From contig OX597833.1 of the NCBI GenBank assembly GCA_951406725.2, positions 15,624,001 to 15,688,000 of the forward strand: a DNA stretch of 64,000 bases. The letters run 5' to 3'. Shown piece after piece: positions 40,940-54,629 of this stretch. Below the pieces are notes generated by a model. That model ran no database searches. It was not told the origin of the DNA and worked only from the letters and a program-made list of their open reading frames with translations. Both the position numbers and the translations under genes were made by a program. The first letter of the stretch is position 1; each line of letters starts with the position of its first letter. The DNA comes from Octopus vulgaris (taxonomy: Eukaryota).

Positions 40940-41780
40940 AAAAGGTCTGTTAGCCTTCCCTGTGGTCCCAGTGGACAAACCGGAAAAGGCTTTGCCCAAG
41001 AGCAAGCAGAGAAAGAATCACTAAAACGGCTACTCTGAATCACGGGGCTTGCATTTGTGGATAGCTAGATCCGCCCAGGCAGTGGGTGAGCAGACGTGTG
41101 ATCAGAGGACCTAGGTCACTGGTAGTCTTCACTGGCAGATGCTCAACTATAGAACTACTAGAGGGCGGCTTGAATTTTGACGTTTTGGTCACGAGCAAGG
41201 AAGCTTGGGATGGCAGCTGATCACATCAGGTTGCCACTGGAGACGGCATCACAACATGTGGCATCCCAAGTGAGGTGCCTACCACGGTGGACCGGGAAAG
41301 TAGTCATACTGTCTGGCCTTTAAGGTCCCCTCGGTCTAGCGCCATTGGCTCAAGCTGGGATGGGAATTATTTTTGATCTAATTGTGAGCAGCATGGTGTA
41401 GAATGCGGTAGAACTATAATGACATGGCAATGAGTGGAGGCCACAAGAATCCACAGCGAAATCAGCAGCAGCATTTATGAGACCAAACCTCAGGGAAGTA
41501 GCGAAGCGCAGACAGTCGCTATCAATCTGAGTGATGGAACTGATTGCGCCAAGTACAGCAGGAGAATGAGAAGCAGCGAGGAAACATGGCAGCCGTCCTG
41601 GTCAAGTTGGCGCACCAACCCATCCGAAATCATGCTGCACTGAATGGCGTGCCATTTGTTTTGGGGGTCTCTGCGTCAACAAAGGAGCGAGGGCGATAGA
41701 TACCTGCAGGGCGGAGACTGAGCTGCCTCCATGTTGCATAGGTGACTGCGCGCTCCTCCATAACTTTAGGTTCAACTACG
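40940..41780 (-). mobile_element. CRE-like non-LTR retrotransposon 3' fossil (restriction-like endonuclease domain)
   Basis: Frameshifted manual translation gives DSDCLRFATSLRFG..VDSCGLHSLPC, then RGD..RPDSMTTFP..RGRHLTWDATCCD, then VKTTSDLGP. These match the CRE-type motifs GHHGLSC, GKRPDGLTL.PW.RG..L.WDAT and VETLGPWG. Confidence 0.7.
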
Positions 41781-41789
41781 TGATAAAAT

Positions 41790-42050
41790 GTGGAGGCGCG
41801 TGGCGTAGTGGTTAGGGTGTCAGCACCATGATCGTAAGATTGTAGTTTCGATTCCTGCACCGGGTCGACGCGTTGTGTTCTTGAGCAAAACACTTCATCT
41901 CACATTGCTCCAGTCCAGCTGGCAAAAATGAGTAACGCTGCGATGGACTGGCGTCCCGTCCAGGTGGGAAACACATACGCCATAGAAACCGGGAAACCGG
42001 GCCCATGAGCCTGGTTAGGCTTTAAAAGGGCGCATTTATTTTTATTTTTT
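41790..42050 (+). mobile_element. tRNA-derived SINE, family B'
   Basis: Homologous to the 35545 units, with TSD acgtgataaaatg/acgcgataaaatg. A degenerate copy lies at 56874-57090. Confidence 0.9.
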
Positions 42051-43306
42051 ACGCGATAAAATGGCTTCGCATTTATAGTCAAGCATACTGAACTTTCCTT
42101 TTGGGTTCAAATCTCGCTCCTGTCGACTTCACTTTTATTCATTTATTACGAATATAATAACCATCCATCAAATACTGGTGTCGAGTCATTAATTACATTT
42201 GCACATGTGTGACTGTTCGACATTTTAATAAACTATTGATAAAAGAGACAAAAATGCTATCTTGATAATACAGAAATGTAAAAGGAAAATGAAATGCTTG
42301 CGAAAACATTTAAATATCACATATCTTTAAAATATTTCCAGAAGTATCAATTAGAGGAATGTAGAAGGCGCAGCAGCGATAGGAAAGATATGCAGGTGTT
42401 TTGAAAGGTGAGTGTTATGCGTTGGTGTTAGGAAAGGGGTTCGCGAGCAGATAATTCGTTATATATGAACAAATTTGTCAGGATTAATGATTAATACTAG
42501 TGATATGCTGTATTTATAATTCGATACTTCAATAATGAAGGGACAAAACAACAAACCGGTAAAGCAATCACTGAAACAAAAAAGCACAGTCAACACCAGT
42601 TATAGTAAACAGACAACAACAATAACAACACCAACAACAACGCTAATATGTCGCTTATATCTGTGACCAAAAGATTAGCAAGCAGCTGTTTTATGACAGT
42701 TAGGATAAATTGGCGCCTGCTTCGTGATCAAAATTTCTCATCATATACATCCACATACATCAGCGCTCGGGCTTATGCATATATACTCACACTTGTACAA
42801 GCGTATACACACAGCCGTACACAATCACGGACACACGTACACAAGCACACACGTATTAGTATTAAGAGAGTCATGCTGTATCCATGGAAGTCTGTGCATA
42901 TCTGTCGACGTTTGCATAAAATTTCTTTTTCCTTTCTTATATTGTGTCTTCGGATTTATATTAATCCGAAATGTCAGTCACTGAAGAACTAACAGACCTA
43001 GATAGGAATGAAAGTGTTGAACAAATAGCAACGCAAGAATCTTGTTTACCTTTCTTTATTCCGTGTAAACGTGCTTAAACACAGTTTTGCCTCGGCATCC
43101 AGTACATTTTGTTGCTGTGAATAAAAGCAAATGTATTCAAAAACTTAAGAATATTCGAAAAATAATGTTATAATGATAAAGATGATAATGGTATCAAAGT
43201 TTAGCGAAAAGTAGATGGTTGACTGAATGGAGAACAGTACATGACGGGCTCTTCATCTCAGAGACCAAGAAAGGTCCAGCTCGCTGCCTTTGTCATAATA
43301 ATATCC

Positions 43307-43351
<45 letters not shown>

Positions 43352-43458
43352 GAAATTAAGGCCAATAGGCCAGATATAATTGTCAGAGATCACCAGGGTA
43401 TATTTATTTGTTTATATGTATGTAATTATGTATGTATGTATGTAGACATATCACTCCA

Positions 43459-43512
<54 letters not shown>

Positions 43513-43781
43513 ATAAGATCGTTAATTTAAAATAAAATAACGATTTTATCAAGTGGTCAGCATGGAAAAAATAATCTTCAAAGGTAATAATTATTAAAAT
43601 TATAAATTAGGGTATCTAATCTATGTGTGTATACACACACATGGATGCGCGAATATATATATTTTTTTTTTTCAAAATATCCCGTATGATATAACCATTT
43701 CAACCTCTGTTACCAGTCGGTTTCGCACTGGTTAGTGGGTAACACCTTTTTAGATTAAAACCGCGGTCAATTAACATCACA

Positions 43782-43840
<59 letters not shown>

Positions 43841-43986
43841 CCCCCCCCCCCCCCTCTCTCTCTCTCTCTCCAAGATAGCAGGTATCGATTTATATATCTA
43901 TATCTCATTAAAAAAACAATCTTTACCATTATCATCAACTGCAGACACATCAAACTTCACTTTCGCGTCACCCAAGCGAAATCTTG

Positions 43987-44375
43987 GGATACTTTCGGTT
44001 TGAACGGCAGTTTTTTAAAATAATTTCCACGTAACTAAACACTTTTAATCTTCGTATACTGGTAGAATGTGTTTATTGAGAAAATTCTATAGTTTGTAAG
44101 ATATTTGTTGTTTTTTCTTCAATTTCTGCAATTTCAACTAATCAATGACGTCTATTGAGGTGAAAACATTCTGTGCCGTATGAATATGTCCCTCGTTTAA
44201 GAAACAGATTGGGTTTATTTACATTTCTGAAAAAAAAAACATGTCCTTCTCCCCACCACTAACTCTAACCCTAAACTAGATTGAAGTGCAATAGATCGAT
44301 ACTAGGGTCATAATTATGGGTGACAATTTCATATGACACCGCTAGAAATAACTGCCGTTCAAACCGAAAGGATCC
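43987..44375 (+). mobile_element. MITE, same family as 30576-30990
   Basis: Both TIRs present and high internal similarity. A third, 3'-truncated copy lies at 51291-51628. Confidence 0.88.
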
Positions 44376-46199
44376 GAATTTTGTTACGTTACTTCATAAA
44401 TTCATGCATTCCTTTGTGTTAGTTCACCACCCAGATGAAATAGAAAGTTCACAACAAAGTGAGAGGTTGAATGTGAGTCCATGTGTTAGACTATATAATT
44501 GTGAGTGCGTACCACTCGTTGGCAGATAATTTTGTGTTCTTCCAACTCAAGCAACAATTATTGCAGGACGTAAGTTGCATGTTATAGCCATTCAGAAACC
44601 AATAAAGATCGTTAATTTCGCTGAAATATTTATTGTTTGCAATGTGGTGTCAACATTGATTTTTCGTTCGAAACCCTGAGCTGTTTACACTGAGTGGGAG
44701 TATAATTTGTTAATGACCAGGTCGCATTTTAGAGCGAAGAAGCATTTGATACCATATTCTTTTTTTTTTTCCTTTTTTCGCCCTTATCAAGCCTAGCCAG
44801 GCTCACGGGCCCAGTTTCCCGGTTTCTGTGGCTTATGTGTTACCCCCATCCCTAGCTGGACGGGACGCCAGTCCATCGCAGCGTTACTCAAGAAACAGGA
44901 AGAGAGAGTGAGAGAAAGTTGTGGCGAAAGAGTACAACAGTGGTCGCCACCCCACCCCCCCTGCCGGAGCCTCGGGGAGCTTTTAGGTGTTTTCACTCAA
45001 TAAACACTTACAACGCCCGGTCTGGGAATCGAAACCGCGATCCTCCGCCCGCGAGTCCGCTGCCCTAACCACTGGGTCATTACGCCTCAACATTTGACAC
45101 CATATAACACACAATAAATACTTAAGTGCAGTTAACAGTTTTTGTTTATCAGAATTGTTCACATGTGTCCACCGCACTGCAATTGCTTTAGTTTCAATAC
45201 TCGGTGTCACATTAAAGCATTTGCCTGCCGAGTGCCTCTCCGTAAAATTAATATATACTCAACCAAACTGACTAAAATAACATGACTAACGTAAAGCACA
45301 CAGGCTGTAGTACACGCACACACACTCACACACACTCACACACAAGGAAAACAGTTCAGTAGCATGATATCAGTTGAACCGTATGAGACAATTCCCATCT
45401 TATTTTGATTTCATACTAAAAAGAGGTTATGTGAATATTCCGCAAAATTTTAAAGAATAGCGAACAAACTTGTTTTGTTTAAAAGATGAATTGCTTTTTG
45501 ATTATTTGAGCGAATCAGAATAACTGAATCAAGATATCGGTAACTACCGAATGTATTAAGAATGTGCGTTGGTTGAGCGATTAAGTTGTCTTCATCCCAG
45601 GTTAGTCATGATTTTGTTAATTCCTAACGGTACAGGGCAATGCATATATAAAAACCCCATAAAAAAGATACTCGCCAGTCCTAAAAATAAATGAATTATT
45701 AACAAGATACTAATGATATTGATCTGAATGGGAATGTGTTTGGCAACGATAGTTTTACGACAACTGTTACATCACAGACGTGGATTAACCATTATTCAAA
45801 ATGTCGTCAGCTTATGGCTATTTGCCTTTTTTTTTTCGTTTCTCATCGACCTCAAGCCAGACAAAAAGATGGACCAATAAATTGTGTTTTATGAGTGACG
45901 ATTTTTTTTTTTTCAGAATCTCTTTTACTGGAATATAGGAAGGCAGCAGCTTTTATGCTTTTACCAGATTAAGCTTAAAAAAGATCAGATACTAAACTTC
46001 GAGGTGTTCAACTTCTACTTCACCATCAAGATTTTTTTTAGTCTTTCCTAGAAAGAAATTCATTCCGCCGTACGTTGCAAGTTTAGGTCCGGTTTCTGAT
46101 CGTGGTCGAATATATGCGTAATATATATATAATTTTTTTCCGTAATGAGGTAAAAAAAAACCAAGGCTGAGTAGAATTTAGAACTGTTGTAGATAGAAG

Positions 46200-46247
46200 G
46201 TCTTACAGCTGTTTCCAGCATATTTATCATATCCCTTCATCGGAGAC
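46200..46247 (-). ncRNA. Minimal type I hammerhead motif (C4 variant)
   Basis: GUCU-CCGAUGA-AGGGAUAU-gauaa-AUAUGCUG-GAAAC-AGCU-GUA-AGAC. Confidence 0.7.
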
Positions 46248-46481
46248 GGTATCAGAGAATAGTTAAGTAATAGTAAATTTAGATATGATACAAAATAGAG
46301 AGTGAGGTGGAGTAAAGAAAATAGATGTGAGATAAGTAGGGATATTGAATTTGTAGATCCATTTTTGGCATATGTGTGTGTGTATGTATAGATATTTAAA
46401 ACAATTGTGCAATGCTAGGTTTCTTATCCTAGATATAACATGCTGAGGCTAGCTGGTCTTTGGACGAGCTGCACTGGAGTG

Positions 46482-47027
46482 TACGAGTCGTTCAAATGTT
46501 TCCAAAATAGCCGATAAAATTTCGACAGCTACGCGCGCTCAAGCATACCCGCAACTAGCAGAACTGATGCGTCTACCTTTACGGAAACATCGACGGAAGT
46601 TCGTGCCTGAGTTGGAGGATGTGAACATTAGTTACGGTTCAGTTTTGTTTTTCTTGCTGAATAGTCTGGATATGTGACGTATGTCTGCCAAGTTTGAGCC
46701 TAGACCCCTTTCAGCTGCAGCAGATTTTGGCCAAGTTCAACATTCCCTAGGTATTATAACCACCATATTCCACAGATATCGTTCCTTGCATCTTCTTCCT
46801 CTTACCAAAATTAAAATTTCATTGAAAGGAAGAAAAGTTCAATGTCTCGATGAAATGCAGGAAAATGCGACGAGATATCTGCATGGTATCCCCACCAAAA
46901 TAAGTTTCAGATATGCTACCACCAATAAAAGTGATGCTAGATGAAGGACATTCAATACCAAAATGCTACGTATTGTAATTTTCTATTTGCGGCACCTGTT
47001 TCGATATTTCTTGATCAGATCTCGAAT
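46482..47027 (+). mobile_element. Degenerate deleted mariner element
   Basis: Around 46760-46840 reads PPYSTDIVPCIFFLLPKLK..LKGRK (PPYSPDLAP.DF.LFPKLK-like), with tacgag...ctcgaata termini. Confidence 0.6.
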
Positions 47028-47328
47028 ACCATTGCTTCTTTTATTCTAGTTCCAATAAGACGTCACCAATTATCGCACCCTACAAGATATATATCCATAC
47101 ACAGATAGCACAAACAACGGAAGCCAGATGCATCTCCACAACATTTAAGTAACTGTGTATAAAATAGGTATAATAATGAAAATATAGGAAATACGAACTC
47201 ATTTAGATACACGCAACAATATATTCAAACAAGGCAAAGAAACATGCGTATTCAAACAAAGCACTAGATTCATATATACATACATGTATATGCCTTTCTG
47301 TGTCCGTGATGGTTTATGTGTCCATATA

Positions 47329-47373
<45 letters not shown>

Positions 47374-47499
47374 ATAATATTTGTTATTCTACCAAATATA
47401 TATGTTTTATCTTATGTTTAATCTTTCTATAATATGTAATTTTTTTAAATGGTATAATTTAATTTTTCATTATTGAATTGATAGAATGTGTTTTTTCTA

Positions 47500-47582
<83 letters not shown>

Positions 47583-47797
47583 GTATATGATTTGTACTAT
47601 ATAGTGTATAGTAAAGTATATGACTAATAATAAGAATTGAAGGTATTAATTTTGATAATTTGGAATAAGAATTGTAAGTATTGATTTCGATAATTTTAAT
47701 ATTTAGTCCTATATCCACATATTGTAGATAATGTCATTCAATGATGATTGAGTTGCTTGAGGGTGATTCTGCCTCTTAAGCCTATCTCTCTCTCTCT

Positions 47798-47840
<43 letters not shown>

Positions 47841-48620
47841 TACATGCAAACGCGTTCATTAATGCTCCCTTGCTGCTTAACAGGTCACATTAATGATTGT
47901 CAGGTGACCTGTTTAATCCTGAATAGAGAAAAGAAAGCAGCTCAAAATGGAATTACAATTTAACGATCAAAATGTCCAATTATTTGCCAATATCTACGAT
48001 ACCTGATTTATTTCTGTAAGCACCGAAACAAAGGGTGAATTGCGACAAAGTATTCAGTGTATGAAATAGTATGAGGCTTCCTACTATGTTTAGATGATGA
48101 GAAGCCAAGAAAATCTGAAATCAAATTAATTGGATTTTAAATTGGATTCTTTCCCCGAAAGATAAAATATTTTATCGGCTCATATTTTTGGCCATTTTTC
48201 TTATTTATATTGAAATTAAACTCATAATGTATCACAAATAAGAAAAGGAAATATTTTGCCTTGCAACAAAAATTTGTTGCAGCAAATGAATATCTGCTTT
48301 TAATATTAGTATTGTAAATACATACACTTAAAGAGGAAAATGTTTATAAAATAATATGAACATTCTCAAAACATTTAAACATGGAAGGGAAAATGTAATG
48401 AAAAGTTTCAAGATGGAAGAAGAAACAATTCAACCACAGCGATATTCTACTATGCAGAAAAACCGTTTTGCAACAAGTCTCAATGTTTTGTGTATATGTT
48501 AATTAAGTAACAAACTTAATCCCACACCATAATTCTAGGTTTACATCCCAGACCTACATCCTAACATAGAAACGTTAACACCAAGCTCTAACAACTATAA
48601 CTAACCCTTATCCCTAATCT

Positions 48621-49335
48621 TCATTGTCCGACAGTGGTCGAGACAATGGTATTTACTGCATGGTATCCCCAGATAAGGCGGCGAGCTGGCAGAAGCGTTA
48701 GCACGCCCGGCGAAATGCTTAGCGGTATTTTGCCTGCCGCTACATTCTGAGTTCAAATTCCGCCGAGGTCGACTTTGCCTTTCATCCTTTCGGGGTCGAT
48801 AAATTAAGTACCAGTTACGCACTGGGGTCGATGGAATCGACTTAATACCTATGTCTGTCCTTGTTTGTCCCCTCTGTGTTTAGCCCCTTGTGGGTAATAA
48901 AGAAATAGGTATTTTGCCTGCCGCTACATTCTGAGTTCAAATTCCGCCGAGGTTGACTTTGCCTTTCATCCTTTCAGGGTCGATTAAATAAGTACCAGTT
49001 ACGCACTGGGGTCGATTTAATCGACTTAATCCGTTTGTCTGTCCTCTCTGTGTTTAGCCCCTTGTGGGTAGTAAAGAAATTATTATTTACTAGGTTACGC
49101 CAGACTTCACGGTCCATCATAGCATTACGGAGGTCCTGTCGCTGGGTGCTTGTATCCCTGGAGATTACATCAGGTTAGGAGAGTGTGAGCCCTCTGGTAT
49201 CGCGAGCAGATGGCTTCCAGAGGAGAAGAGTAGAAATTACCTCGTTTTCAGCTCGATAAATATGTCCAGCAAACTGGACTCTCCTACCTTTCACAAGAGA
49301 TGACACAGGTGGTAGTTTCCCATATATTTGTACTT
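48621..49335 (-). mobile_element. RTE-like LINE 3' fragment split by a SINE dimer
   Basis: QIYGKLPPVSSLVKGRRVQFAGH..RAENEVISTLLLWKP. Collinear with 57693-58170 on both sides of the insertion. Confidence 0.88.
48676..49080 (+). mobile_element. Family A SINE with duplicated body
   Basis: One head followed by two ggtattttgcctgccgctac...taaagaaat units. A similar dimer lies at 56195-56655 (-). Confidence 0.92.
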
Positions 49336-50075
49336 TATCCCCTAATAGTAATTCTAACCCAACAGGATAGGATTTGGCAAACTCCAAAATGAAAACACGA
49401 AGAAGACGATAAGTGGTTAAAGATGTTAAGAAAAACAAATTAAAGCAATTTCTGGTATGATGATAATACAGGTTTCCGGTTGACAAAAATTCCAAAATTT
49501 AAAGACCTGTGGATTTTTAAAATTTTTTTATGTATGTCAAAAATGAATGCGATTTTCGAAACCATCTTGCAACACTTTATCAATGAAGAAAAGATGAGCA
49601 AAATCTGATTCAACGATGTAACGAAAAGGTCAGACATTTTTTGTGTGCGTTTTAATTTCCGTCTATAAAAGATCATTATCTGAAAGGTTAGTTTTAGTTT
49701 TAAAATGTTTAATAAAACATACTCGAAGAACGAATATTTCTAAAGGCCGTGATGTAGGAGCTTATGGAATGAGATTAAACTATCTCTCATTCAACAATCA
49801 GACATGGAGGTTAAATAAATGCTCGCCCGTGTCAGGCGTCCCTAGGATTTGCAAACTCGAATTATTCGGATGCATTTCTAAATAGATATCCTTATATAAA
49901 ATTAATCATTACTGAAATTATTTTGTTCTTTTCTATAATTAAATAGTATTAACGGTTTTATGCAAGCCAAAATTCACCGATGGTCTTGAATACTTGCCTT
50001 GAAAATACCTTTAGTTATTAGGAGTATAGATTCAAATATTAAGTTTAACATCAGGAATTTGGCAAAAGCACAGCA

Positions 50076-50174
<99 letters not shown>

Positions 50175-50221
50175 CACACATACACAAACATACACACACA
50201 CAAACATATTTTATGCTTTAA

Positions 50222-50435
50222 CTTTTAGTTGTTTCAGTTATCAGAATGCGGCCATGCTGGGGCACTAACTTCAAGAATCTTAAGTCGAATGAATCAACCC
50301 AAGTACCTATCGTTTTTTAAGCCCGGTATTTATACGACCGTTCTCTTTTGCCAAACTGCTAAGTTACAGGTACCAAGTACCACGTTTTCGAGCGATGGAA
50401 GGTGGCAAACACAGACGCAATACACACAGACAGAC

Positions 50436-50468
<33 letters not shown>

Positions 50469-50470
50469 TG

Positions 50471-50511
<41 letters not shown>

Positions 50512-50677
50512 AGCGAAGGTTTTCTTTCGGTTTTCACCTACTAAACACATTCACAAGGCTTTGGTCGGACTGAGTCTATAGCAAAAGTCAATTTCCTCAG
50601 GTACCATGCAGTGGGATTGAACCCGGGGCTATGTGGTTAGAAAGCAAGCTTCTCACCACACAGTCTTGCCTGCGCCT
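50222..50677 (-). mobile_element. tRNA-derived SINE, family C (internal microsatellite)
   Basis: Homologous to 54157-54629. Confidence 0.8.
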
Positions 50678-50798
50678 ACATATACATACACATACACCCA
50701 CACACACATATAGCCATAGATATTTTCGTATGTGCATATATACATATATGTATACATATCCATATATAAATATATATATATGTGTGTGTGTGTGTGTG

Positions 50799-50839
<41 letters not shown>

Positions 50840-51834
50840 GTGCGTGTGTATGTGTGTGTGTGTGTTTCTGTAAACTGGATTTAGCTTCTTCGCAATAACT
50901 ACATTTCAGTCCTTCACTTCTGTAACAAAACCGACAAATGTCAATATTTGAAGGTAAATAAAGTAAAGTTTATAATGCAAGTCTATGAATTAGGATTACG
51001 ATATTTAGCTGGAAATCTACGCAGGAAACCTTTTTAGAAGCTAAGAAACTAAATGCAAGCTCAAAATATAGAGGTAAAAATAACTCGTTTTAGCAGAAGC
51101 CATATTATTCCATATTGAATCTGTTATATTATGATATTTCTTCCGAACAATAACATGTGTTACGTAACTGGAACTGAAAGGTAATGACATAAGACTAGTC
51201 ATCAGATCCGTATGGCGAATTGAATGCAGCATGGCTGTGTACTAGTTGTGACAGAGTGTTCAAGAAGCTTCTTTCGTAACTCCGGCTTAGGATCTATTCG
51301 GTTTGAACGGCAGTTTTTAACATAATTTCTAGGTAACTAAAAAATTTTGAGCTTCGTATACTGGTAGAATGTGTTTATAAAACATCTTTTTCTCTTGGCT
51401 TTATTGAGAAAATTCTATAGTTTGTAAGATATTTGTTGTTTTTTTTACTTCGATTTCTGCAATTTCAACCAATCAGTGACGTCTATTGAGGTAAAATCAT
51501 TCTGTGCCGTATGAATGTGTCCTTCGTTTCAGAAACAGATTGGGTTTATTTACATTTGTGAAGGAAAAAAGATACCCTTCCCCCACCCCTAACCCTAACC
51601 CTGAAAGAGATTGAAATGCAATAGATCGAGAGGTTAAACCGAAAAAATCCCCGGCTTATTGGGTTGACTTTCAACTCTCGCTGGCAGCTGACTTCTGCTG
51701 TTCTGCCGAAATCTTGTGTGGATTTGGTAGACGGAACCTGAAAGAAATTTCTTTGATGAGAACACAAACAAGACTCGAACCTCGATTGAGGTACTCCATC
51801 AATTTTGTTTTCCCATCTTCGGTTGAATTTGCTT

Positions 51835-52220
51835 ATGGAAGCACTCCGTCCGTTACGACGGCGAGGGTTCCGGTTGATCCGAATCAACGGAACAGCCTGC
51901 TCGTGAAATTAACGTGCAAGTGGCTGAGCACTCCAAAGACACGTGTACCCTTGACGTAGTTCTCGCGGATATTCAGTGTGACACAGAGAGTGACAAGGCC
52001 GGCCCTTTGAAATACAGGTACAACAGAAACAGGAAGTAAGAGTGAGAGAAAGTTGTAGTGAAAGAGTACAGCAGGGATCACCACCATCCCTTGCCGGAGC
52101 CTCGTGGAGCTTTAGGTGTTTTCGCTCAATAAACACTCACAACGCCCGGTCTGGGAATCGTAACCGCGATCCTACGACTGCGAGTCCGCAGCCCTAACCA
52201 CTGGGCCATTGCGCCTCCAC
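51835..52220 (-). mobile_element. Family B SINE with a third tail type
   Basis: Same head and body as 9368 but an unrelated 3' half; TSD gttgaatttgc. Confidence 0.88.
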
Positions 52221-52467
52221 CGTTGAATTTGCAACGTTCATGTGTCAATTAATTAAGTTTGCACAAGCCCACGCACACGCGCGTGCGCATATTCATATAC
52301 ATATATTTAATTAACATTATGTGAAAGAAAGTAATCTGGTAATACTCATAAAAATGCTCCTAAATGTATCATTCTACAAAACATATAGAATGTATAGTAA
52401 GATACAAGAGAAAACAACAAGGAGTGTATAAAATCACAAATGACTGAGAAGGAATTTATTTTTATAT

Positions 52468-52836
52468 TCTTTTATTTGTTTCAGTCATTTTGAATGTGGC
52501 AATGCTGGAGTACCGCCACTAGTCGAAGAAATTGATCCCAGAACTTATTCTTTGTAAGCCTAGTACTTATTCGATCGGTCTCTTTGCCGAACTGTTAAGT
52601 TACAGGTACGTAAACACACCAGCATCGGTTGTCAATCGATGGTGGTGGACAGACACAGGCACGCAAACATACAGCGGGATTCTTTCAGTTTCCGTCGACC
52701 AAATCCACTCACAAGGCTTTGGTCGGCCCAAGGCTACAATAGAAGACACTTGCTCAAGGTGCCACGCAGTGGAAACTGAACCTGGAACCATGTTGTTGGT
52801 AAGCAAGCTACTTACCACACAGCCACGCCTGCGCCT
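52468..52836 (-). mobile_element. tRNA-derived SINE, family C
   Basis: Homologous to 54157-54629 but lacking the long internal microsatellite. Confidence 0.88.
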
Positions 52837-53045
52837 ATGAACCATCAAATATCACGACAAATTTCTTCGCAACCTAAAAACATTTAGCCTAAATTCTGCA
52901 CTATTTTGAAAGATCTTTTACATTTTGCATTCAGGCAGACATGTAAATAATTTATTTACAATTAAATATAATGTATTTACATGCTATTAAGATAGGTAAT
53001 AATTTGTAGCGACATTTGAATTTTCTGATTGTTAAATAATTAAAA

Positions 53046-53105
<60 letters not shown>

Positions 53106-53593
53106 GCATGTGAGCATATGTATGTGTGTATGCTTGCGTTTTTCACACCAGTTGATAACCATTGCTCTGGTCGATTTCTCTGAATAAACTCTTAAGCCGG
53201 TACCCCAGCATAGCCACATCCCATAACTGAAACAAAGGTAATATAACGCATATTTTTCCAGCGTTAGCAATTATTCTTACTAACGTCCTATGGAAAGCAA
53301 TAACGAAGCATCGTCATTTATTTTGCCTTACAACTAACTAAAATAAATTATATGTTTGTATAATGGACAAAAACACACCCTTTCTGTATAAGACCTTGAA
53401 TATATAGGAATTTAAAGTAGTATAATAAATAGTTATCGCCATACTAATAAGGTAGTCTTATAAATATAAGACTAAAGCTGTCGCTGATTAGCTCCAAGAG
53501 GCCACCGCCTCTAGCTAGCTATTTGACACACAACCTGCGTCCATTACAAACCTTCGAACAGGGAGGTCAGCCGCTTCATCCTGCTAGTCAGAC

Positions 53594-53638
53594 AGCTGCA
53601 GACATGTTTCAGGGTTGTTGCCCTTTATCAATGCAGCT
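53594..53638 (-). ncRNA. Minimal type I hammerhead ribozyme (U3-A8 variant, GUC site)
   Basis: AGCUGCA-UUGAUAA-AGGG-caacaa-CCCU-GAAAC-AU-GUC-UGCAGCU. 7-bp stem I, 4-bp stem II and palindromic ACAUGU. Confidence 0.82.
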
Positions 53639-54156
53639 TAGTCAGACCCGCAGGTGTCGCTACTGACCGTCTTTAGTCTTATATTTATAAGACTGCCATA
53701 TTAGTATGGCGGTAACTATTAATTTCTAGTAACGCTGCCGTAATTTCCTTTAGAGAGACTTAGTAATTTTAATATTTCTATTATTGAAAACAAGTGGATG
53801 TATTCCACTATAACTAGGTAAATAAAATCTTCAAACAGAGACGGTCAGTAGCGACACCTGCGGGTCTGACTACGCTGCATTGATAAAGGGCAACAACCCA
53901 GTAACGCTGCCGTAATCTCCTTTAGAGAGACTTAGTAATTTTAATATTTCTAATAAAGTAGTATATCTATGCAGAAATGTTAGTAGTACTACTTTTTAAG
54001 ACTGGTAATGGTTCAAGTATATTTGCTCTACAACTGAAACACAATAAATAATTAGTATAATTATCACTCACTTTAAGTTGATTAATTTTTTAGCTTGATT
54101 AATTAAAATGACTTCCATCAAACACAAGCGGGATATGATTTACTACACTGGATACT

Positions 54157-54392
54157 CTTTTACTCTTTTACTTCTTTCAGTCATTTGACTGTGGCCATGC
54201 TGGAGCACCGCCTTCTGCCGAGCAAATCGACTCCCAGGTCTTAATCTTTGTAAGCCTAGTACTTATTCTATAGGTCTCTTTTGCCGAACCGCTAGGTTAC
54301 GGGGACGCAAACACACCAGCATCGGTTGTCAGGCGATGTTGGGGGAACAGAGATGCACAGAGATATACACACACGTACTCACACACACACAT

Positions 54393-54463
<71 letters not shown>

Positions 54464-54629
54464 TACGATGGGCTTCTTTCAGTTTCTGTCCACCAAATTC
54501 ACTCACAAGGCTTTGGTCGGCTCGAGGCTGTAGAAGAAGACACTTCTCCAAGGCGCCACGCAGTGCGACTGAATTCAGAAACATATGGTTGGTAAGCAAG
54601 CTACTTACCACACAGCCACTCCTACGCCT
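54157..54629 (-). mobile_element. tRNA-derived SINE, family C, full length
   Basis: Head ggcgtaggagtggctgtgtggtaagtagcttgct, internal (TA)/(TG) tract, and tail ggtgctccagcatggccacagtcaaatgactgaaa + (agtaaaag)n. Partial copies at 50-325 (+), 12910-13120, 23318-23435, 25108-25250, 36112-36445 and 63533-63678. Confidence 0.9.

Noticed and set aside
43757-43773. aaaaccgcggtcaatt, similar to a hammerhead 3' half
   Set aside because: No upstream CUGANGA with a matching stem I.
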